A DNA stretch of 32,000 nt. It comes from Psychrobacter sp. DM4. Its GTDB lineage: Bacteria; Pseudomonadota; Gammaproteobacteria; Pseudomonadales; Moraxellaceae. Positions 26,930-32,000 of the stretch are shown one piece after another. The position numbers and the translations under genes are program-made. The stretch covers positions 1,320,001-1,352,000 of the forward strand of contig NZ_CP195536.1 of the NCBI RefSeq assembly GCF_051307035.1. Direction: 5' to 3'. A model generated the notes under the pieces. That model searched no databases and was not told where the DNA came from. It saw only the letters and a program-made list of their open reading frames with translations. Numbering within the stretch: the stretch's first letter is position 1; every line of letters begins with the position of its first letter.

Positions 26930-27043
26930 CTGAATGCTCTGTATAACCATGGGATTTGCTTACACTTAATAATGACCATGTTTAGCATGGCTCAATATGT
27001 TTTAGGAACTCTGATCGGTGATATCACGCAACAGAGCATTCAG
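26930..27043 (-). promoter_or_regulatory. 13-bp perfect long-range inverted repeat in the nirB 5' leader (possible RNA domain or paired protein sites)
   Basis: CTGAATGCTCTGT (26930-26942) is the exact reverse complement of ACAGAGCATTCAG (27031-27043). An internal CCATG-TTTAG-CATGG hairpin lies between them. The proximal arm ends about 30 nt from the nirB ATG. Confidence 0.4.
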
Positions 27044-27063
27044 ATACCTGCTGTTTATAAGAC

Positions 27064-27079
27064 TTCAATAATCGTGCCA
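27064..27079 (-). promoter_or_regulatory. Candidate sigma-54 promoter for nirBD-cynS (TGGCACG-ATTA-TTGAA on the minus strand)
   Basis: The reverse complement reads TGGCACGATTATTGAAG. The -24 region is a perfect TGGCACG, but the -12 element is GA rather than GC. It would give a leader of about 165 nt. Confidence 0.5.
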
Positions 27080-27237
27080 AGCACAACTATAGGCTGTCAT
27101 ATCTGTAGGGTTTTTGCTGACAGAAGTGGAGGGTTGCATCAGGGTCTATAAAGGTATGGGACACGCAGTAGCACGATTGATAAAGAGAGCTTAGCGTAGA
27201 GCAGCAGTCAAATATTTTATTTTTAATATAGCTTTAG

Positions 27238-27270
27238 TGCACCAAAATAGATGCATTACGCACCAAACTA
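27238..27270. promoter_or_regulatory. Direct repeats GCACCAAAATAG / GCACCAAACTAG, 21 bp apart (NtrC-like TGCACC half sites)
   Basis: TGCACCAAAATAGATGCA begins at 27238; it resembles the NtrC dyad but has N6 spacing. CGCACCAAACTAG begins at 27259. Both lie between the two divergent sigma-54 candidates. Confidence 0.35.
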
Positions 27271-27444
27271 GGGTTCAATGCAATTGTTAATGCACAGTAA
27301 ACGTACTAACAAAACCAGGCTATTATTAATCATTTTAAAATAGTATTGGCGCTTTGATTTCAGGGTTATCCCTTATAAAACAACGCGTAACCCTCAAATT
27401 AGCAGGCTAATTTTTACTTTTTCAGGAGTTTACACAAAGACAAC

Positions 27445-27460
27445 TGGCATAGCCATTGCA
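27445..27460 (+). promoter_or_regulatory. Candidate sigma-54 promoter for the nitrate transporter operon (TGGCAT-AGCCA-TTGCA)
   Basis: The -24/-12 spacing and core are canonical. It lies 94 nt upstream of the ATG at 27554. Confidence 0.7.
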
Positions 27461-27553
27461 CCGCTTCAATTATCTAAATCGATGAGTTCTTTAAACGTAA
27501 CTTGTTACCTTTATCAAAAAAATCCCAAAGTTAGTCCTTTAAGGAAGCTGTCT

Positions 27554-29062
27554 ATGTCGTCGCCAAACCCTGTTACTCCTACTAAAGATAAGTTAAATGT
27601 CCTATCGTTCGCGGGTAAAAATAAAATCCTTCACTTAGGTTGGATGGCATTTTTTCTTACCTTTTTTGTATGGTTTAACCATGCGCCGTTCTTATCAGCG
27701 ATTGGTGAGACGCTTAATCTGACCAAAGATCAGGTCAAAACCTTACTCATTCTCAACGTCGCCTTGACTATTCCTGCACGCGTCATCATCGGAATGCTTA
27801 CCGACCGTTTCGGTCCACGCATCGTTTATACAGCGATTTTATCGATTGGTGCGATTCCCTGTTTTACCTTTGCGTTCGCCCAAGATTACAACACCTTAGC
27901 TCTGTCTCGTTTCTTACTCGGCTTTGTGGGCGCAGGCTTCGTGGTAGGTATTCGCTTAATGAGCGATTGGTTCCCGCCCAATGAGTTGGGTACGGCTGAA
28001 GGAATCTATGGCGGCTGGGGTAACTTCGGTTCAGCTGCTGCGGCACTATTACTACCTACTGTCGCTATCATTGCAGCGGCTATATTCGGTGGTGATGAGG
28101 GCTGGCGTTATGCGACGGCGACGTCGGGTGTCGTAATGGCGCTTTATAGTATTATTTTTTATAGAATGGCACGCAATACTCCTAAAGGCGCGACTTACTT
28201 TAAGCCTAAAAAGTCGGGCGCGATGATGGTGACCTCATCGGGCGACTTTTGGCTGATGATGGTCTTTAAACTACCGATGTACTTAGCTTTAGCATTATTG
28301 GCGTGGAAATTGTCACCTTCAGGTGTCAGTTTGCTTAGCCAATCGAGTGTTACGATGGTCTACATTGGCCTAGCGGTCTTGTATGTCTATGAGTTCATTA
28401 GTAGCTACCGCTTCAATAAAGAGGTGTTTACCACGCCTGTCCCTGAAGCGCATCGTTATGACTTTAAGCAAGTCGGTATCTTAAATATTCTATACTTTGC
28501 GACTTTTGGCTCAGAGCTTGCGGTTGTCTCTATGCTGCCTTTGTTTTATCAAGAGACCTTTAGTTTATCGATTGTCATGGCAGGTGTATTGGCATCAAGT
28601 TATGCCTTTATGAATCTGATGTCACGACCTGGTGGCGGTTGGCTCAGTGATAAATTCGGTCGCAAGATTACCCTGTTGATTTTAACGGCGGGTCTAGCCG
28701 TCGGTTATCTATTGATGGGCTTTCTTGATTCAACATGGCCACTGGCGCTAGCATTATTAATCACTATGTTTTGCTCGTTTTTTGTACAAGCAGGCGAAGG
28801 TGCCGTCTTTGCTGTCATTCCCCTGATTAAGCGCAGTATGACAGGGCAGTTTGCAGGTATGACCGGTGCATATGGTAACGTCGGCTCAGTCGTCTATCTC
28901 ACGGTGCTCAGCCTTGTCTCTTATCAAGTATTTTTCTTTGTCATTGCCGCAACCGCAGTCATTGGATTCTTCGCCTTATTTTTACTTAAAGAGCCAGAAG
29001 GTACTATCTTAGAAGAGATGCCAGATGGCAGCTTTGCTGAGATTCAAGTGAGTCATAAATAG
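27554..29062 (+). CDS. MFS nitrate/nitrite porter (NNP family; NarK/NasA/NrtP-like)
   Basis: It has 12-TM MFS architecture with two NNP-type Gly/Asn motifs (GGWGNFGSAAA, GAYGNVGSVVY). I prefer the ATG at 27554, which has an AAGGAAG ribosome-binding site at 27541-27547, over the track's start at 27482. Confidence 0.85.
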   Translation: MSSPNPVTPTKDKLNVLSFAGKNKILHLGWMAFFLTFFVWFNHAPFLSAIGETLNLTKDQVKTLLILNVALTIPARVIIGMLTDRFGPRIVYTAILSIGAIPCFTFAFAQDYNTLALSRFLLGFVGAGFVVGIRLMSDWFPPNELGTAEGIYGGWGNFGSAAAALLLPTVAIIAAAIFGGDEGWRYATATSGVVMALYSIIFYRMARNTPKGATYFKPKKSGAMMVTSSGDFWLMMVFKLPMYLALALLAWKLSPSGVSLLSQSSVTMVYIGLAVLYVYEFISSYRFNKEVFTTPVPEAHRYDFKQVGILNILYFATFGSELAVVSMLPLFYQETFSLSIVMAGVLASSYAFMNLMSRPGGGWLSDKFGRKITLLILTAGLAVGYLLMGFLDSTWPLALALLITMFCSFFVQAGEGAVFAVIPLIKRSMTGQFAGMTGAYGNVGSVVYLTVLSLVSYQVFFFVIAATAVIGFFALFLLKEPEGTILEEMPDGSFAEIQVSHK

Positions 29063-29093
29063 CACTAAAAAACCAAAAAAGAACCAAATAAGG

Positions 29094-31292
29094 ATGACTT
29101 TGAATACTACTCAAAGAACCAGTCAAAATGCCGACGAACAAGGCGCTCGTAATAATCAGCCAGATGGTTGCGCTGTGAGTGCTCAAGTAAGCACTGAATC
29201 TGGTGGTCAGTCATCCTTACTTTCATCACCAAAATTTTCATCACCAAAATCAAGTCATTTTGAGGCAGATCATGCCTTGTGGTGGCTTGACTTTTTTACC
29301 ATGAAAGGCCGTAAATCTGAAAACCAAGATAGTCTTTTGATAACCACTTGTTTGCCGTATCATTTTTTAGATAAAACATCAGATAGCACGAACGATTCAA
29401 ACCTTTTTGATGAGATAACAACCCCTCCTGCGCCTTTGCTAGTACTCATGGCAGATGGGGTGAGCGCTTGTCAGTTTCCAAAGCAGGCCAGTCAACTGGT
29501 GATCAACACCGTCGCTGACAAGCTCACGTTAGCCTTGTCAAAATTAGCTAAAATACAGTGCGAGGCGCAAAAGTACTCTGACGACAACAAACAGACCCAA
29601 AGCAACAACAAGGATCACCGTTATCAAGCCTCAACAATGAGTTTTGATGACGATCAAATCGCTAGTCTCATCAAGATCGCGGTCAATAAGGCTAATGATA
29701 CCCTGTGCATCCCGCAAGCCTATCAGCGCGTACCGCCTTTGTTATCCACATTGTCAGGCTTATTATGTATTGGCGATCGTATTCATCTGTTTCATACGGG
29801 TGATTCACGTATTTATCGTATCGGGATAGACAGTCTGACCGTACTGAGTGAAGATCATCGTATCCATCGCGGTCAGGACAAAGGAGCGCTCTCAGCAGCG
29901 ATTGGGGCGGATACGCAACTGGATCTGCAACAGTCGATATTTACACTACATCAAGACGAATCCTTAGCCATCATGACTGATGGCGTGTATGAGCATATCG
30001 ACGCCACAGAGTTACAGTTCGAGCTGTGCTCGGCAGCGACCAATATGTTTGAATCGGTCGCTGCCGAGCACAAGTTACCTACTGGGTTCAACGCCAGTCA
30101 GACAATCTGCGAGCACGCCTTTGCTGAGGGTAGTCATGATAATTTGAGCATGATAATGCTTAGTATGGATGCAACACCATGCCAATCTGGTCAAGCAAGC
30201 GCTTTGAATAGCTCAGATCAAAGTAGTAGCGATAGCGATATGCCCCGTTATAAGCTACCGACAGGCTTAGAAGTCGGCGATAGTATCGACGGATTCACAG
30301 TAATGACTATCATTGCGCGCACCGCTCGCAGTGATGTGTATTTGGTACAAGATGAGCATAAAAACGACTATGTCTTGAAATCCCCGAGTCTCGATACTAT
30401 CGATGATGGTCACTATTTGCGTGATTTTTTGAAGGAGCGCAAGATTGGCCTTAGCCTCTCAAAACATCGACGCGCAGGCGAGTCCGCTTTTAATCAAGCT
30501 GATCCTAATCGGTTGCACATGACTACTCTAAATGGTAGTAGCATCCAAAGCCAAAGTATAAGTTCTGGATTTAGTGCGTCAGGACTGCTGCGTTACTATC
30601 CTGTACCTGCCAGCACCACCTATCTGTATCACTTAACGGAATACATTGAGGGCGAGAGCCTACGGGACTTTATTGAACGCAATGCGCCGTGTGATGTCTG
30701 GCAGACTTATGATCTACTGACCAAGATCGGCATGGCGGTGCGGGTGATGCATCGCAACTATCTGTTGCACCAAGACATCAAGCCTGAAAACGTGCTTTTA
30801 ACTCAAGCAGGCGCGGTCAAGCTAATCGACTTTGGTTCGGCAAGCTCCTCCATTCTAAAAGACAGTACGCGCCCGCCTAATGGCGACTTGCATTACGCTG
30901 CACCAGAGTATTACACCGATGCACCAAAAGGCGTGCATTCGGATCTTTTTTCAATAGCGGTAATCGGCTATGAGCTACTGACAGGACAGCTGCCGTTTGG
31001 CACGCAAGATCTCATGAATCCGCAGCACGCTCTAGTGATGCCTGCCCAGCCGCTACGCCAAAACAACATACCCGCTATCAGTCAGCAGGCACTTATGCGG
31101 GCGCTACATTCTAATACTAATGCACGCTATCAAGCCATCGGTGAGTTCTTACAGGATTTTAACCCTGATAATAGGGCAAACAGTCGTGACCCTGAACCGC
31201 TTATTCAGCGCAACCCTTTACTGGTATGGCATAGCATTTGCTTTATACAGTTTGTCATCATCATTTTATTGCTGTGGGTTTATCTGGCATAA
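29094..31292 (+). CDS. Bifunctional PP2C-type phosphatase / Ser-Thr protein kinase fusion with a C-terminal TM anchor (STK2)
   Basis: 732 aa. It starts 31 nt after the transporter stop and has an AAGGA ribosome-binding site.
- PPM motifs: NQDS, MADGVS, TGDSRIY, IMTDGV, SHDNLS.
- Kinase motifs: YVLK, HQDIKPEN (30768-30776), DFG (30828-30836), AAPE, SDLFSIAVIG.
- Terminal TM segment: FIQFVIIILLLWVYLA. Confidence 0.85.
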   Translation: MTLNTTQRTSQNADEQGARNNQPDGCAVSAQVSTESGGQSSLLSSPKFSSPKSSHFEADHALWWLDFFTMKGRKSENQDSLLITTCLPYHFLDKTSDSTNDSNLFDEITTPPAPLLVLMADGVSACQFPKQASQLVINTVADKLTLALSKLAKIQCEAQKYSDDNKQTQSNNKDHRYQASTMSFDDDQIASLIKIAVNKANDTLCIPQAYQRVPPLLSTLSGLLCIGDRIHLFHTGDSRIYRIGIDSLTVLSEDHRIHRGQDKGALSAAIGADTQLDLQQSIFTLHQDESLAIMTDGVYEHIDATELQFELCSAATNMFESVAAEHKLPTGFNASQTICEHAFAEGSHDNLSMIMLSMDATPCQSGQASALNSSDQSSSDSDMPRYKLPTGLEVGDSIDGFTVMTIIARTARSDVYLVQDEHKNDYVLKSPSLDTIDDGHYLRDFLKERKIGLSLSKHRRAGESAFNQADPNRLHMTTLNGSSIQSQSISSGFSASGLLRYYPVPASTTYLYHLTEYIEGESLRDFIERNAPCDVWQTYDLLTKIGMAVRVMHRNYLLHQDIKPENVLLTQAGAVKLIDFGSASSSILKDSTRPPNGDLHYAAPEYYTDAPKGVHSDLFSIAVIGYELLTGQLPFGTQDLMNPQHALVMPAQPLRQNNIPAISQQALMRALHSNTNARYQAIGEFLQDFNPDNRANSRDPEPLIQRNPLLVWHSICFIQFVIIILLLWVYLA

Positions 31293-31373
31293 GTGCTTAT
31301 GCGCCAAGCATACATTATCAATGACAGATCATCATTTATTTCACGCTGCACCACGCGGCTAAGGATACGCTCT

Positions 31374-32000
31374 ATGTCGCTTTATAAGTCATCACCTACC
31401 ACTCAATCCGATAGTCATAATATAGACGTTACTGAAAATGCGGGCATCATCATCATCGGTGCTGGTATGGCAGGCAGCCGTTTTGCTATTGAGCTGGCAA
31501 GGGCGCAGCAGCTAAATGATGCTGACGTCCATCCGCCAATTACCTTGATTAGCAAAGAGAGCCACGTGGGCTACAACCGCATTATGTTATCGCCTGTGCT
31601 GGCAGGAGATACCGCGTTTGATGATACTTACCTGTATGACCAATCAGACTATGAGCAGTTGGGCATTAGGGTGCTGGCTGGGGTCAGCGTGGATACGATG
31701 GATACCAATCAGCAGTGTATTGAGCTTGATAACGGGCAGACGCTACACTATACCAAAGTAGTGATCGCTACAGGATCAACCGCTCGCGTGATACCGTTTC
31801 CCAATCATAAGGCTAAAGGGGTACATGTCTTTCGAGATTCTATGGATGTCAGCACACTGACTGAATACGCCCGTCAAGGCAAAACGGGACTCGTGATTGG
31901 CGGCGGGGTATTGGGACTGGAGGCGGCGTGTGCTCTAGCAGGACAAGGGGCGAGCATGACGGTCATTCATGTGGATGCTTACGTACTCAACACCCAGCTG
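31374..32000 (+). CDS. FAD/NAD(P)H-dependent pyridine-nucleotide-disulfide oxidoreductase, NirB-N-terminal-like; probably the electron-transfer subunit of assimilatory nitrate reductase. The 3' end lies outside the window
   Basis: This gene is not in the ORF track because no stop is reached. The ATG at 31374 has an AAGGA ribosome-binding site at 31361-31365, and 209 codons are open to the window edge. It has IIGAGMAG (FAD) and VIGGGVLGLEAA (NAD) motifs parallel to those of nirB. Confidence 0.8.
   Translation, partial: MSLYKSSPTTQSDSHNIDVTENAGIIIIGAGMAGSRFAIELARAQQLNDADVHPPITLISKESHVGYNRIMLSPVLAGDTAFDDTYLYDQSDYEQLGIRVLAGVSVDTMDTNQQCIELDNGQTLHYTKVVIATGSTARVIPFPNHKAKGVHVFRDSMDVSTLTEYARQGKTGLVIGGGVLGLEAACALAGQGASMTVIHVDAYVLNTQL

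Noticed and set aside
27492-27513. The imperfect hairpin TAAACGTAAC-TT-GTTACCTTTA in the nitrate-transporter leader as an intrinsic terminator or attenuator
   Set aside because: It is followed by an A-run, not a U-run, on the sense transcript. The loop is only 2 nt and the stem has a C-C mismatch. I cannot support a terminator call, so I mention it only as part of the leader.
1203-29829. Many 60-110 aa ORFs nested in or antisense to the large genes. Examples: 1203..1445, 1392..1721, 3589..3789, 3911..4189, 4985..5182, 5970..6218, 6112..6342, 6570..6818, 8099..8335, 8340..8537, 9021..9239, 9570..9857, 11944..12238, 13769..14075, 15231..15458, 15713..15925, 16905..17126, 17460..17759, 18678..18890, 19372..19940, 20694..21062, 21898..22098, 24539..24867, 25350..26229, 27864..28046 and 29644..29829
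   Set aside because: All overlap a longer ORF with clear family motifs. Their translations are low-complexity or compositionally odd (rich in R/S/P/L), which is typical of shadow frames. None has a convincing ribosome-binding site.
1-32000. Genomic island, mobile element or defence-system content
   Set aside because: I found no integrase, transposase, tRNA attachment site, flanking long direct repeats, toxin-antitoxin-like pairs or nuclease/ATPase defence-type genes. The gene content is coherent core nitrogen and acyl-CoA metabolism.

Overview
This 32 kb chromosomal window is mainly a nitrogen-scavenging region. It looks like a moderately AT-rich gammaproteobacterium; Moraxellaceae or Psychrobacter-like is my unverified guess.

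**Left, about 1-7.2 kb: acyl-CoA and redox genes.** These are the 3' end of a family III CoA-transferase, an AMP-forming acyl-CoA synthetase, a TetR regulator divergent from an acyl-CoA dehydrogenase, a LysR regulator divergent from an Old-Yellow-Enzyme flavin reductase, and a small membrane ORF.

**Middle, 7.3-19.9 kb, all on the minus strand.** One co-directional cluster runs urtABCDE (urea ABC transporter), ureD, ureA, a single ORF fusing urease beta and alpha (ureB-ureC), ureE, ureF, ureG and hupE/ureJ.

**Right, 20-32 kb: nitrate, nitrite and cyanate assimilation.**
- An FNT (formate/nitrite transporter family) channel gene is followed by a PP2C-phosphatase/Ser-Thr-kinase fusion gene.
- The convergent minus-strand genes nirB-nirD-cynS follow.
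- Then come a divergent NarK-type nitrate transporter gene, a second and larger PP2C/kinase fusion gene, and the start of a second NirB-like flavoprotein gene that runs off the window. That last gene is not in the ORF track.

Four sigma-54-type (-24/-12) promoter candidates and TGCACC-type NtrC-like sites sit in the two divergent control regions.

I saw no rRNA, tRNA, CRISPR, IS element or integrase. I see no convincing wholly new multi-gene system.

**Most noteworthy:**
- The duplicated module of an anion transporter followed by a tail-anchored PP2C-kinase fusion.
- The in-frame ureB-ureC fusion, which also carries insertions.
- Three short intergenic tandem-repeat arrays (15, 10 and 17 bp units).
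- A 13-bp long-range inverted repeat in the nirB leader.

All protein-family calls rest on motif recognition by eye, not on searches.
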